Source of the DNA: Takakia lepidozioides
Taxonomy: Eukaryota; Plantae; Bryophyta
Length of the DNA: 64,000 bases
Direction: 5' to 3'
Assembly (NCBI GenBank): GCA_030704615.1
Contig: CM060732.1
Span: 56,482,001 to 56,546,000, forward strand
Shown: positions 24,401 through 38,608 of the stretch, one piece after another
Numbering within the stretch: position 1 is the first letter of the stretch
Layout of the letters: each line of letters starts with the position of its first letter
Notes under the pieces: generated by a model
Databases searched by the model: none
What the model saw: the letters and a program-made list of their open reading frames with translations, nothing else
What the model was told of the DNA's origin: nothing
Program-made: the position numbers and the translations under genes

Positions 24401-27400
24401 ATCCAATTTGACGCACTGATTAGGTATTTTGACGGCCATTCTTGTCCCCTTTCTTGATGACATCCGTTCTTGCACTTCTTTCTCAGCTGTGTGTGGCGCC
24501 TTGACTTCCACGTGTCCCTTTGTAAACTGGCTTCCGTCCTTTCTTCCGCCGGCCATTTCACTGAAGTTATCTTGCGTCCATCTGTCACTGATTCTATGGA
24601 TTGTGTAACCCTAGTAGGCTGTGTTAAGCTATGATAGGCTGTGTCATACTGTGGTATGCCGTGATAGGCTGTGATACACTGTGGTTAGCTGTGATAGGCT
24701 GTGATGCACTGTGGTAGGTCGTGATAGGCTGTGATACACTGTGGTAAGCTGTGATAGGCTATGATGCACTGTGGTAGGTCGTGATAGGCTGTGTTGTGCC
24801 GTGCTGGGCTGTGATATGCTGTGTCACATCATGATGGGCTGTGATAGGCTGTGTCATGTCGTGATGGGCTGTGATAGGCTGTGTCTCGCTTGTTCTGCCC
24901 GCCCTGGTCATATATGCTCGGCCTAGCGACAAGTGCTCCATACTCCGTTGGTAACACTGACGCAGCCCGTGACTGCTTTTGCGTTTCAACATGCAAATCA
25001 TGCTGCAATGGTTTGTCATGGATATCACTGTACCCCTTCAACTTATTAGCATTGACTCTTCCCAGCATCTCTTTGTTAATGGTTTGTAACATGGCGGTGT
25101 TATTATCATACATCTTTTGTATGACATAAGGTCCTTTCCATGGTGATTTAAGCTTAGAAGCTTTAATCTTTCCTTTCTTTTTCAACCATAGAACCAAATC
25201 TCCCGTCTTAAAAGTCTTTAACTTGCCTTCATCAAACTATTCCTTCCTCTTCATCTGAATTCTGGTCATATTATCAGCCGCATCAGCACGTACTTCTTCC
25301 ACATGGTATAATTCATGTTTTCTGACTTTAATGGAATCTTGCAATTCCATTCTCTTTCCCCATTCCGTTCTCATGGTAGGTAACAGGAATTCCACTGGAA
25401 GTAAGGCTTCCATACCATAAACTAATTGGAATGGTGTATACTTAGTGGTGACTTTATATGAGGTCCTGTATGACCACAAAGCTGTCAGCAGCTTTGTATC
25501 CCAATCCGTTCTGTTTGCATTGACTATCTTAGCCAAGATAGTACATAGTATTTTGTTGGTAGCCTCTGCCTGCCCATTACCCTGTGGGTAATATGTTGTA
25601 CTCTTCCTATGCACAATCATGAACTCTTTAGTCAACAATTCAATGGTCTCATTAATGAAGTGACTTCCTTGATCACTGATAAATTCCAAGGGACAGCCAA
25701 ATCGTGTAAGTATGTTCTCATACAGAAACCTTGCTGTGGACTTGGCTGTGTTGTCCCTCAAAGCTTTAGCTTCCACCCACTTCGTAGTATAATCAGTGGC
25801 TGTAATTATGTTCCCCTTTTTTTGTGTATTCTTGGCTGGTGGGTTAATTGGTCCAACAAAGTCTAGTCCCCATTTCTGAAATGGTTCCGTAGGCATTGTA
25901 GGATGCAAAGACATTTTCCCAGATCTCTGCAAAGGTCCTAGCCTCTGACATTCATCACAACTCTGACAATACTTGTGTACATCTTTGAACAAAGTAGGCC
26001 ACCAGTAACCTGCATGTAGTATTTTCCTGCTGGTAGTCTCTTCTCCAAAATGACCTCCTGCCACTCCTTTATGAACTTCCTCCAAAACTTTATTAACTTC
26101 ATGGTGGTATAAGCATCGCTTCAGCACTCCATCTGGTCCTAGCTTATACATTCTGCTCCCTACCATAGTGTAAGGTAGAGCCTTGATAGCAATTCTTTTT
26201 CTCTGCTCCTTTCCATAACTTGGTGGGCACTGACCATGAGCAAGGTAGTATCTGATTGGCCACTGCCAATCTAACCATTCATCTGCACTTCCTTGCACCT
26301 CCATTACAAATAAACTCGCATCAGGTAACTGATCGTCTACTTCTGTGGCGGCTCTCCTGTTGTTAGTCGTGACAAATGATCTGCCACAAGATGCAAACGG
26401 CCAGGCTTGTAAACAACTTCGAACTCAAACTCATGCAAGATTATTAACCACCTTGCTATCCTTCCACTTATCAAAGGTTTGTTCACCAGATATATCAGAG
26501 CCTGGTGATCCACGTAAAACATAAACTTTCTTCCCAATAGGTAATGCCTGAATTTCTTGACTGCATAAATCATTGCCAGTGCTTCTCTTTCAGTTGTGTT
26601 ATAGTTCTTTTCAGCACTGTTCATCAACCCGCTAGCATAGTACACAGGTGAATCTATATTTCCTGTAACATTCTGGGCTAACACTGCTCCTAGTGCTTCT
26701 CCAAAAGCATCACAGTGAACATGAAATATTTTCTGCCAGTGAGGACTAATCAGCACAGGTGTAGTTGTTACTGACAATGTAAGTTCCTCAAAAGCCTGTT
26801 GACATTCAGGTGTCCATGCAAACACTGCATCTTTCTTCAAAAGTTTGCTCAATGGTGCTGCTATCTGTGCATACCGTCTAACAAATCTTCTGTAATAACT
26901 GGTTTGTCCAAGGAATCTCATTAGACTCTTAACATTCACTGGTGGTGGAGAGGCTTTAATGGCCTCTGTTAGTCCCCTCTTACACACAATGTGTCCCAGA
27001 AGCACCCCTGAGTTCACACAGAAAGTACACTTCTCTGGATTCAGGCCCAGACCTCTCATCCTGCATCTGGCCAAGCATAACTCCAATTTATGCAAGTGTT
27101 CATTCTTAGAGCTGTACACACTGAAATCATCCAAGAATACCTGCATGAAATCATCCAGATACTCATGAAAAGATTCACTTATCACTCTCTGAAAGGTTGC
27201 TGGTGCATTACAAAGTCCAAAGGGCATGACTTTGTATGCATAAGCACCCCAGTCTGTGATGAAAGCTGTTTTTCCTTGGTCTCCTTCTGCCACTTGCACT
27301 TGATTATAACCACTGAAGCCATTCATGAATGAGTACATCTCATGGCCTGCCACGAGGTTTGCTATTTCATGAGCATGAGCGGCATGAGCGGCATGAGCGG

Positions 27401-27785
27401 AGTAGTAAGACAATCGGTTTTCATGAGCAGAAGTACAAATTTTGAAAATAAAAAACAATAAAAAACAATAATTTAATGCAATGTGTCAGGAAAAACAAAT
27501 ATATTATTCGGCCCCTTGAAGGGAAAATTGCAGTTTTGACAGTTGTGCTCATGATATTTCGTCTTCCGCTCATGCCAATTCCCAGTGACATGTGCAAATA
27601 TGGCGCCGAATTTCGCGGTAATAGGGTCCGTAACCTGAAAAAACGGCGACGTATTTCGCGGTAATAGGTCTCTCTGGCGAAAAATGGTGCCGAATTCCGC
27701 GGCTATAGGTCCCCTCATGACAGGTAATTCGGCGCCATTTTTCCAGTGCATGTTCGGACTTAGCATGTTCGGACGTGCAACTCAC

Positions 27786-29868
27786 CTCCCGCATATAGTC
27801 GCCGAACTGGAGGAAACGATAATGCCACCATGCTAGCCAACTGACCATTGCTCCCTCGTCTGATTTCCTTACTACACCTGACGATGTCCACCAAGCCCGT
27901 ATGCATGCAAACTGTGTCTCTGCATCATCCAAGGTAGGAGCGCGCTTCCACGCAAGGCACATGGAACGGTGCTCCTCTCTGAAATCTGGCGCCACGAGCC
28001 TGGTTGTGTACTGCGAAAGGCTTTGCAGAAAATGGAACCCACAAGATCTCTCCTTGCCTTCCATGGGAACATTGGGGTCTTGCCCGTACACCCTTCGGAT
28101 GGCAGCCCAATTTGCTTGTGCGTTGTCCGCCATGAAACCACGGAAATTCGGAGGGGGCAATCCCGCCTTGGCCATCTGTTCGTTTATTCCCTGCCAAAGA
28201 AGCATCTCCGATTGTGTGTCCTCTCCTTTCATCTCACAAATAGCAATTGTCATTACCATCCTGCAGTGGGTGTCATAGACATGTGCACCCATTGTCACCC
28301 ACTGGTGATTTGTAATTCGCTTGATATGGTCGAACATGACCCAACTGTTTGACAAGTTCCTACTCGTCATCCTGTCAACCAATTCGACGCCGCTGCCAGG
28401 TCCACACGTGGACATTTTGAATACGAAACAACGATCTGCCTCAGTCCCTTGTCCTGGAAACCTACTTCCATGAATTTAGTCATATCCACATTGTCGCTTC
28501 ACCTCCATAATGGAGTGCATATCCGAGCCACGCCCAATTTTCTGTTTAGACAATGTGGTTTCGGACATTCGGTGAACATACGTGGGACACCGACTCCAGC
28601 AATGCCTCCATTTCCTTCTCGTCGAGAGGAACTCTATCGGAGCCGTCTTCCGACATAATTCTGGCCAATGCCATCTTATGGGCGGCTTGGAGCTGTATCT
28701 GTTTGGGTTTGGCACCCGGTCTCAACTTAACCTCCTCCTGAACGAGCTGCTCTGCTTCGTGGGCAGCCTCCCGCGAGTTCCCCCTCGCCAATTTGTGACA
28801 ATGGGAACCAACGTGTATGCAAGCTCAGGTGAGGTCAGGGAAACGGTGCAACACATAGAACTGCTTGGCATTACAAACAGACATGCAGTGTGGTGGTTCT
28901 TTGCAATGCGCACACTTAAATGTGGAGTTCGGAACCTTCTCCTGAGCTCGAAATGGTTGATGAGCTGTGCCTGTCCAATCGGTCTCGTTCCTGTGACCTC
29001 TGGATTTAAAGTGGAAGCAAGTTGGGGAGAAACACCGCAACGCGCCCGCACAAACAACGTAGCGCACCCGCACACCATCGAGCATCTTCATGCTGGTGGT
29101 TTTGGTAACGCACCAAGGATGACCGTCATGTTTTCTATCCATATCTGTCAACATTCCGGACGCCCTCGAGTAGTCCGCCCGAGGAGGGAACTCAAAGAAG
29201 ATATTACCGTCGACGTCGGCGGGAAGGCATGTAACCGATTTAATTGCGAACTTGCTGTAGTCCAGCCCGGCCAGCTCCGACCGGTGTCCCTCCAGGTGAA
29301 GCCCTCGCAGAATTTCAAGAATAGATCGAACTGCGGTGCTCGTGCTGGGAATATGACTCCCTCTTCCAGTGACGTCCATTGAGGACTTGCCTGATCTCCA
29401 GGACGACCTCGGAACTTCCATGACCTCGTCTGAGTCGGACAGGTTGTGAACAACCCGGTTCTGGCTCGTCTTCATGGATGGGTTCGGCTCTGGATTTACT
29501 TCGTTGCGGACTTCTCTCTTTGAGGTAGCCACTCTCTGATTCGCGGATTGTTTCGTGTAAGGCGCCAGGATAGAAGGTGCATTTGGCGGGCAAATGAAGT
29601 CCCCAACAGCCCTGTATATGACGCTGTCCAATGGTGGAACTCGCCATTCCCTGCCATCGCCGAAATCATCGTGGAGCACAACAATACTCTCGACAACAAG
29701 GCCGTTAGAGTCCTTCCTTTCCTCCTCCAAAAAAACCGACCCCGGTTTCAGGTGGTATCGAACGCACAGATATTTCTCCATCACCCGGCAGGTGTCCCCT
29801 CTGCACGGAAATGAAGCTCTATGCTCGTGAGGAGGGCAGTACACTGTAGCGCTCGGGTTTTCCGCCAT
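27786..29868 (-). pseudogene. MULE transposase exon 1 (disrupted; exon 2 absent)
   Basis: Homologous to 54449-56533 (KHDGHPWCVTKT, VMFDH, FMADNAQAN, CGFH). Premature TGA near 28825, frameshift near 28470, same GT donor after YMRE. Confidence 0.88.
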
Positions 29869-30169
29869 GGGAGATGTGCACACAAGACTCCCAGGATGGA
29901 GTGCGGGGAAGCTCCCTGGTAGAAGGGGGATGCAGCGATGGGAATGAATGCGATGCCGATTTGTCCGAGCGACGAAGCCTGATCCAAATCCAGGGAGCCA
30001 ACTATCTCAAAAATCCACAGTCAGAGTGTTAATGAACCTTGTCTCCGGAATGCGGCCCCTGGTCTTTGCGCAATAACTGCCAACGGTATGCAGTCAGAAA
30101 GTGGGGGGCCGTCCGGATGATGACGGCTGAAGGGAAGAAGCCGGCACCGTGCCGTCACATTACTACCCC

Positions 30170-31822
30170 GAATGGAAATTCGGCACCCAATATCCAACAG
30201 GGGAAGCCCGGATGAAGTCGCCTCGGGCGCAGAGGCCGGCGCGTGTGCGACAGAGAACATCCCCTGGATGGAGATTCGGCGCCGAATTTCCATCCAGCAG
30301 GTAAATGAATTCGTGTCGGGGAGGCAGGCCGAAAACTGGCCGGCATAAAAACATCCCCAGATGGAAAAACGGCGCCGAATTTCCATCCGGGGCGGTTCGG
30401 ATGCAGTCGGGGAGGGGGGAGAGGCCGGCACTTGGCCATCACATTTCAACCCCCGGACGGAAATTCGGCACCGAATATCGAACAGGGGACGCCAGGATGA
30501 AGTCGCCTCGGGCGTAGAGGTCGGCACGTGTTCGACAGAGAGCATCCCTTGGATGGAGATTCGGCGCCGAATTTCCATCCGGGCCCCCCCAAGGAAGTCT
30601 TGTCGGAGTGTCAGACTGAAAACTGGCCGACATAAAAACCTCCCTAGATGGGAAAACGGCGCCGAATTTCAATCCGGGGCCGTTCCAATGCGGTTGGGGA
30701 GGGGGGAGAGGTCGGCACCTGGCCGTCATATTTCAACCGCCGGACGGAAATTCGGCACCGAATATCCAACAGAGCGGCGGAGAGGCCGGCACTTCTCCGA
30801 CAGAGACTAGCCCCCGGATGGAAATTCGGCGCCGAATTTCCACCCAGCAGGTAAGTGCAATCCCGGATGGATGGAAATCCGGCGCCGAATTTCCATCCAG
30901 CAGGTAAGTGAAATCCCGGATCGATCGAAATCCGGCGCCGCATATCCATCCTGCAGGTAATTCGAATCCCGGATGGATAGAAATTCGGCGCCGAATTTCC
31001 ATCCAGCAGGTAAGTTGAATCCCGGATGGATGGAAATCCGGCGCCGAATTTCCATCCAGCAGGTAAGTCGGATCGCTGGCGTATGGATATTCGGCGCCGA
31101 ATTTCCATTCGCCAGGTATTTCATCGCTGAGAATTACCTTCCTGCAGGTAATTCTGATCGATGAATTACCTTCCTGCAGGTAATTCTCAGCGATGAATTA
31201 CCTTCCTGTAGGTAACTCTTATCGACGAAGGTAGGAAATTAATTCCTCGCTCAGAATTACCTGCAGGAAGGTAATTCATCAATCAGAATTACCTGCAGGA
31301 AGGTAATTCTCAGCGATGAAATACCTGCAGGATGGAAATTCGGCGCCGGATTTCGATCCATCCGGGATTCCAGTAACCTGCTGGATGGAAATGCGGCGCC
31401 GAATTTCCATCCATCCGGGATTCGAATTACCTGCTGGACGGAAATTCGGCGCCGAATTTCCATCCATCCGGGATTCGAATTACCTGCAGGATGGAAATTC
31501 GGCGCCGAATTTCCATCCATCCGGGATTCCACTTACCTGCAGGATGGAAATCCGGCGCCGGATCTCCATCCATCCGCTCTCCGACCAACCTTGCGGATGG
31601 AAATCCAGTGCCGAATTTCCATCCATCCGCTCTTCGAATTACCTGCATGACGGAAATTTTGCGCGCCGACCTAGCTGGCGGATGGAAATCCGGCGCCGGA
31701 TTTCCATCCATCCGCTCTTCGAATTACCTGCATGACTGGAAAAATGGCGCCGAATTTCCGATTTTGGTGCAAGTCAGATCTGGGACTTAGCCATTTTCGG
31801 CCCCGAAATGGAAAAATGGCGC

Positions 31823-31861
<39 letters not shown>

Positions 31862-33470
31862 GCCATTTTTCCAGTTCGGGGCCGAAAACGGCTAAGTCCG
31901 AGATCTGACTGGCACCCAAAATCGGAAATTCGGCGCCATTTTTCCAGTCATGCAGGTAATTCGAAGAGCGGATGGATGGAAATCCGGCGCCGGATTTTCA
32001 TCCATCCGCTCTTCGAATTACCTACATGACGGAAATTTTGCGCGCCGACTTACCTGGTGGATGGAAATCCGGCGCCGGATTTCCATCCATCCGCTCTTCG
32101 AATTACCTGCATGACTGAAAAAATGGCGCCGAATTTCCGATTTTGGTGCCAGTCAGATCCGGGACTTAGCCATTTTCGGCAACGAAATGGAAAAATATCG
32201 CAGAAAAAAAAAAAAAAAAAAACGCCATTTTTCCAGTTCGGGGCCGAAAACGGCTAAGTCCCAGATCTGACTGGCACCCAAAATCGGAAATTCGGCGCCA
32301 TTTTTCCAGTCATGCAGGTAATTCGAAGAGCGGATGGATGGAAATCCGACGCCGGATTTTCATCCATCCGCTCTTCGAATTACCTACATGACGGAAATTT
32401 TGCGCGCCGACTTACCTGGTGGATGGAAATCCGGTGCCGGATTTCCATCCATCCGCTCTTCGAATTACCTGCATGACTGGAAAAATGGCGCCGAATTTCC
32501 GATTTTGGTGCCAGTCAGATCTGGGACTTAGCCGTTTTCGGCCCCGAACTGGAAAAATGGCGTTTTTTTTTTTTTTTTCGGCGACATTTTTTCCATTCCG
32601 TTGCCGAAAATGGCTAAGTCCCAGATCTGACTGGCACCCAAAATCGGAAATTCGGCGCCATTTTTCCAGTCATGCAGGTAATTCGAAGAGCGGATGGATG
32701 GAAATCCGGCGCCGGATTTTCATCCATCCGCTCTTCGAATTACCTGCATGACGGAAATTTTGCGCGCCGACTTACCTGGTGGATGGAAATCCGGCGCCGG
32801 ATTTCCATCCATCCGCTCTTCGAATTACCTGCATGACTGGAAAAATGGCGCCGAATTTCCGATTTTGGGTGCCAGTCAGATCTGGGACTTAGCCATTTTC
32901 GGCCCCGAACTGGATAAATGGCGCCGGAAAAAAAAAAAAAAAACAAAAAAGAAAAAAAAAAAAAACGATATTTTTCCAGTTCGAGGCCGAAAACGGCTAA
33001 GTCCCAGATCTGACTGGCACCCAAAATCGGAAATTCGGCGCCATTTTTCCAGTTCTGGGCCCAGTCAGATCTGGGACTTAGCCATTTTCGGCCCGAACTG
33101 GAAAAATGGCGCCGAAAAAAAAAAAAAAAAAAAAAACCAAAAACGCCATTTTTCCAGTTCGGGGTCGAAAACGGCTAAGTCCCAGATCTGACTGGCACCC
33201 AAAATCGGAAATTCGGCGCCATTTTTCCATTTCTGGGCCCAGTCAGATCTGGGACTTAGCCATTTTAGGCCCGGAACTGGAAAAATGGCGCCGGAAAAAA
33301 AAAAAAAAAAAAAAAAAACGGCCATTTTTCCTGTCCGGGGCCGAAAACGGCTAAGTCCCAGATCTGGCTGGCACCCAAAATCGGAAATTCGGTGCCATTT
33401 TTCCAGTTCTGGGCCCAGTCAGATCTGGGACTTAGCCATTTTAGGCCCCGAACTGGAAAAAATGACGCCG

Positions 33471-33505
<35 letters not shown>

Positions 33506-34615
33506 CATTTTTCCAGTTCGGGGTCGAAAACGGCTAAGTCCCAGATCTGACTGGCACCCAAAATCGGAGATTTGGCGCCATTTTTCCAGTTCGGGGCCGA
33601 AAACGGCTAAGTCCCAGATCTGGCTGGCACCCAAAATCGGAAATTCGGCGCCATTTTTCCAGTTCGGGGCCCAGTCAGATCTGGGACTTAGCTATTTTCG
33701 GCCCCGAAAATAGCTAAGTCCCTACGATGGCTGGAACCGCAACTGGAAATTCGACACCATTTTTCCAGTTCCGCGCCCTATCAGATCTGGGACTTAGCCA
33801 TTTTCGGCCCCGAACTGGAAAAATGGAAGTTGAAGACTCCCACAAGCTGAAACCATACTCCACACATGCACTACTTGCTTCCTTAACACCCGAGCTCTTC
33901 TTGAACTCCTCAAACCCTGCAACACTTGCAGAACAAGAGCTTCTTCACAAGCTCTCAAACTTTCAATGATGCTCTTCTTGAAGACCTCCTCTTGTACATA
34001 AACACCACAAGACTTTCTTCTTGCAAACCCTGCAACAGCTTGTAACTTAAGAGCTATCTATCAAGCTCTCTTCCACACACAAGTGTTAACTATGCTAACA
34101 CCTTGCACTTATAGATGTAAGCAGGTCTTCTTCTAGTGATACGGAAATGGTGAAAAGAGGAGAAACCATTCTATCACGTTATATAAGTCAAGCCAATGGC
34201 ACCTTTGCTAAAAGACTCCACCATACAGACCTCACCCACTCTCCATCTCAAGTACTAGAACGACTTCAATTGGCTCAACTTTTGTTTGACCACATGTTTT
34301 TTGAAAGCAGAGGCATAGCCAGTGGGTACTTTCAGGGCCGAAAATGGCTAAGTCCCTAGGGTGGCTGGCACCAAAATCGGAAATTCGGCGCCATTTTTTC
34401 CAGTTCCGGGCCCAGTCAGATCTGGGACTTAGCCATTTTAGGCCCCGAACTGGTAAAATGACACTGGGAAAAAAAAAAAAAAAAAAAAAAAACGCCATCG
34501 TTCCAGTTCGGGGCCTAAAATGGCTAAGTCCCAGATCTGACTGGCACCAAAATCGGAAATTCGGCGCCATTTTTCCAGTTCCGGGCCTAGTCAGATCTGG
34601 GACTTAGCCATTTTT
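30170..34615. repeat. Palindrome-based tandem and higher-order repeat array within MULE-A
   Basis: Dozens of GGATGGAAATTCGGCGCCGAATTTCCATCC-type units and 53-bp tandems, then CTAAGTCCCAGATCTGACTGG units with poly-A/T tracts. Confidence 0.95.
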
Positions 34616-36076
34616 GGCAAGTAAATGCAATAAAATGCTGCATTTCAAGTCCACTGGTGCCACATTCCAACTTCACATGACCCTATTTCCGTGCCTCCTA
34701 ACCCTATTTCCGTGGACTTACAATGGTCTGCTCATGCTTTTTTTTTTTCCGCTCATGCTCATGCCGCTCATGAAATAGCAGCCCCCGCCTGCCACAGTGT
34801 CTAATACTGCTTCTGTGAATGGCAAAGGGAAAGGATCTTTCTTCGTACAAGCATTCAGCTTCTTGTAGTTCACACAAACTCTTAGTTTACCATTCTTCTT
34901 GGGAACTATCACAATGGGTGACAACCAAGTTGTATACTCTATTGGGTATATAAACTTAGCCTCAGCCAACTTCTTGATCTCTTTTCCAACCTTCTGTGCG
35001 TAGTTGGGATTCATTCTGTACCTTGTCTGCTTGATTGGTACTGACCCCGGTTCCAGTTCAATCTTATGCTGACAGATTTCAGGTGGTATCCCTTTTAAAT
35101 CCTCATAGCTCCAAGCAAATACATCTCTGTATTTGATAAACAAACTCTTAGCTTCTTCAAAGAATTCTGGCTCCAAATCAGCTCCTACCTTCACCATCCT
35201 CGGTTTTTCTTTAGTTCCCACATTCACTTCCCTCACTTGCTCATCAGCTGTTATTGTCCAACCAGTCACCACTTCATCCTGTAAACTCACAGTGGCTGGT
35301 TCCTCTAGGATTTCCATTTCTCCTTCTTTTTCTTCATAGAAATGTGATGGGTAACTGCTGGTTTTCTCTTCAATCGGTGTTGTTGACACTACACCACAGC
35401 AGATACCCCTTAAACAACTTAGGCCTTCCAGCCTCATCTCTGCAACCTGCTCCCACTCTGGGTGTGCAGCAAACATGGTAGCTTCTTGCTCCTCATCCAG
35501 TCCTCCTCTCCAGTCATACTCTCTGACTCCTCGAGGTCTTCTCGTAGCAGGTAATCTACTAGATTTCTTTGTGGTAATTTGTATCTCGTGTATCCCATTA
35601 TGCACGGTTAGTAACTGAGAATTCCAGTCATGAAATACCCTGGCCTGTTTCAGCCACGGACGTCGCAATAAAAAGGAGTAAGCCTCAATGACTTCATCCA
35701 TCTTCAACACAGTTACTGTGATCATAAAGATCATCTTCTGTATCTGTATCTTAACTCCTCTTATTAATCCCAATGGCTGTACACTTCTTTGATCTGCCAT
35801 TGTTACTGTAAATGGGGCTGGTTTCATGTTACTTAGACCAAGCTTCTTCCTTAATTGGTCTGTCATGATATTTACTCCAGAACCTCCATCTATCAGTACA
35901 TCAGTTAGTTCTGTGCTTCCAATTCTCAATTGGATTACTGGCATAGAATCATCAAAGTCCATGACTGTTTCTCGCCCTTCCGGCTTCACATTATAACTGG
36001 TCACCTTGCTGTTCAGGTCTGTGTTTCCTGTCTCCTGGGCAATTCGATTGATTGCTTGATACAGCTTGTGCCTACA

Positions 36077-38145
36077 TTAAGGTGCCACAGCCAATAGCTG
36101 TCCAATGGTAATCTCTGCTTTGGTCTGGCATATTACTTTAGCCAAAGTCTCTTCATTACTTTGCATGTCTGCATCTTCTTTCTTCCTTTCATCCTCACTC
36201 ACTTCTTCTTCTCCATCAGAATCAGAGGAATCTGCCACAAGAATATCAGTACTCTTCTGCATTTCCCTTATGGTATCTGCCACTTCCTTGTGCAGTTCCT
36301 TCTCATCTCTCCAAGCCTCATCATCTTCCGGCATATCACTGCCACCTTCATTATCATCTTCTTCCTCTACTACTGGAGGTATTAGTTTGGCTTTACTTCT
36401 TGTTACTATCATTGTACTTACTTCTGGTACAACACATGGCCTAACCATATGAGCTGCCACCACTGGGCCCTCATTCACAGGAGCTCTCATCTCATTCTGG
36501 TGTCTAATCGAGAATGAACAGGCTGCCTTGCGATGTCCTGGCTGATTACAATAGTAACATAGTTCTTCACCATTGGGTCCTCGCCCTTGGTCTGCTCTTG
36601 GATTATTTCTGTAATCCTGATTCCCGGGCTGGTAATTCCCCCTTGGATTACCCTGATAGTTGCCTCTGGAATTTCCTTGGTAATTCCCTCTTGAATTACC
36701 TCTCCCTTCCATGCCATTGTTATAACCACCAGACCTACCATAGTGGTCCTGATCATTGTTTCTTCTTGGCTGGGCCTGCACCCGATGCACCCTTACTTGC
36801 CAAGGTTCTCTTGCAACTGTCCTTCTGTTGTAGTAACAATTCTCAGTAGAATGGTTATCCATTTTACAGATAGTACAGTGTTTCTCCTTCATGTGGCATT
36901 CTGTGGTGGTATGGCCTTCATTCTGGCACTTTGCACACCATACACCCTTCCTCCAATGTGTTGCAGCCTCTGTGGCATACTTCTTCAAGATTTCTTCCAA
37001 TCTTTTCTCATAGTTATCCCTCTTCAACTTCTCCTTTCTCTTACTCTTCCTTTTTAGTTCTTGCTCTTCTTCTTCTTCATCTGACTCATCCTCAGAGTCA
37101 TCATCATCCCTTTTCTCTCTCCTGAGCATTCCCAATTGCTCAATTGTGTTTGCAATTTCAAATGCCTCCTCCACTGTATTATGGGGTAACATATCCACTT
37201 TCTTTTGCAACTCAGGTCTTAGTCCACTCACAAACCAAGTCTTCTGTAACCCTGGTGCTGGTACTGCAGCCAGCTTTTTCATCATCAATTCCATCTTTTC
37301 CATATACTCCTCAACAGTTTCATGCTTCTTTTGCTTTAACTGTTGTAAACTCCCATACACTTCATCCTCAGTTTTACTTGTCCTGAACCTATTTCGGAAT
37401 GCTGTATTCAAGCCATTCCAGGTTAGGAAATGATTATCAGGGAATCTTGCATACCATTCACTTGCTTTCTTGATAAGTGAACAAGGAAACAATCTCATCT
37501 TGGCATCATCGCCATTCTCATTGTTCACTATACACATGTGCTCAAATTGGCTAATGTGTACATCGGGATCCCCTTTTCCTGAATATATTGGAAAAGGTGG
37601 TTTTGCCCGTGTTGGTTGTAACGCCATCTGTGGCCCTACCTTCTGCCCACTGACAGGTGCTCGCACCCTTGCTGGTGCTGGTCCTTCTGGACCTGTTGTT
37701 GTTGTGGTGGATATTTCACCAAGTGGTGGCCCTTGAGCACTCCCTGCTACTGGCCCCACGATATTCACAGTATTCCCAGCTTCAGTTGCAGTACTTCCCA
37801 CACTCCCTGTCCCCCCAGAGCTAGATCCAGGCAGCCCGCCTGATCCCCTTGAGCCGACACCTTTGTTGGCCTGTGATCCAAGTGCTCCACTTGATCCAGG
37901 TCCAACGGGTTGGGATGTCCTGGTTGTAGTCTCAACCTCAGCTGTTGGGTCTACTTCTTCATATTCTTCCTCTTCCAATTTCTTCTCTCTGTTTTCATCC
38001 TCCAAGTTCTGCCCTTGGGTTTCTTCTTCACTCATGTAACTCAACTGTAATGGTGTTGGAGAGTCTGAACTCTCCATTGGCTCTGCCACATCCTCTCCTC
38101 CTTCTTCACCTTCCGCTTCAGAAACTGGAGTTCCTGCTTTTGGTG
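36077..38145 (-). pseudogene. gag: Gag of copy 2 (capsid plus three CCHC knuckles), 5'-truncated by MULE-B
   Basis: YSGKGDPDVHI...SL..KASEWY; CAKCQNEGHTTTEC, CTICKMDNHSTENC, CYYCNQPGHRKAAC. The terminal TAA is TAT in copy 3, and the frame continues into pol. Confidence 0.9.
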
Positions 38146-38608
38146 GGGGGCTGCTATTTCATGAGCCATGAGCCATGAGCGGCATGAGCCATGAGCAGAG
38201 TCGTAAGTGTGGAAAAAAACATGAGCAGCACTATTTTCCGGAAATGAGTGTCCGCGGGAATAGGGTTTAGGGTGCCACGGTCATAGGGGGAGAAGGACCT
38301 CCCGATGAAGGAGGTTCGGCAATGTTATTTAGAATTATATATTGAAAGGCAATGTTTCGCGAATGGTAGGGTGGTACTGCTCTGTACAATGGGGGCCCAT
38401 TTCAGCCTACCAGCCACTTGCAAAATCCACCCACACTCCCAATCCCAAACGAAATGAGCAATGACGCATTCTCGGAACGATGGACACAGAATAGAATAAA
38501 AAGAGGGCACAATGAGGTTTTTATTGATCCACATGAATTGCATTTGAAGCACGTCTACTGTGCTGATTGTGCAATCAAATCTTTAGCCCTGTGCCTACTG
38601 AATACAAG

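Larger units (their letters stand above)
27354..34786. mobile_element. MULE-A: non-autonomous Mutator-like element, 7433 bp
   Basis: 9-bp TSD GCCTGCCAC (27345-27353, 34787-34795). TIRs GAGGTTTGCTATTTCATGAGC / GGGGGCTGCTATTTCATGAGC. Removing it restores the RT sequence LDTVAGHE. Confidence 0.95.
20470..38145 (-). mobile_element. Ty3/Gypsy family 1, copy 2 (decayed; MULE-A inside RT, MULE-B truncating gag)
   Basis: 3' LTR, extension ORF pieces (21535-24588), integrase (25237-26304), RT/RH (26337-27353), PR/RT N-terminus (34787-36004) and gag. Confidence 0.93.

Noticed and set aside
26337-27458. ORF with a novel N-terminus on RT (similarly 61401-62420 and 34718-36004 tails)
   Set aside because: Chimeric read-through across insertion junctions.
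30021-34607. Many ORFs such as MEIRRRISI... and poly-K/poly-F peptides
   Set aside because: Translations of the palindromic repeat array, open on both strands by symmetry.
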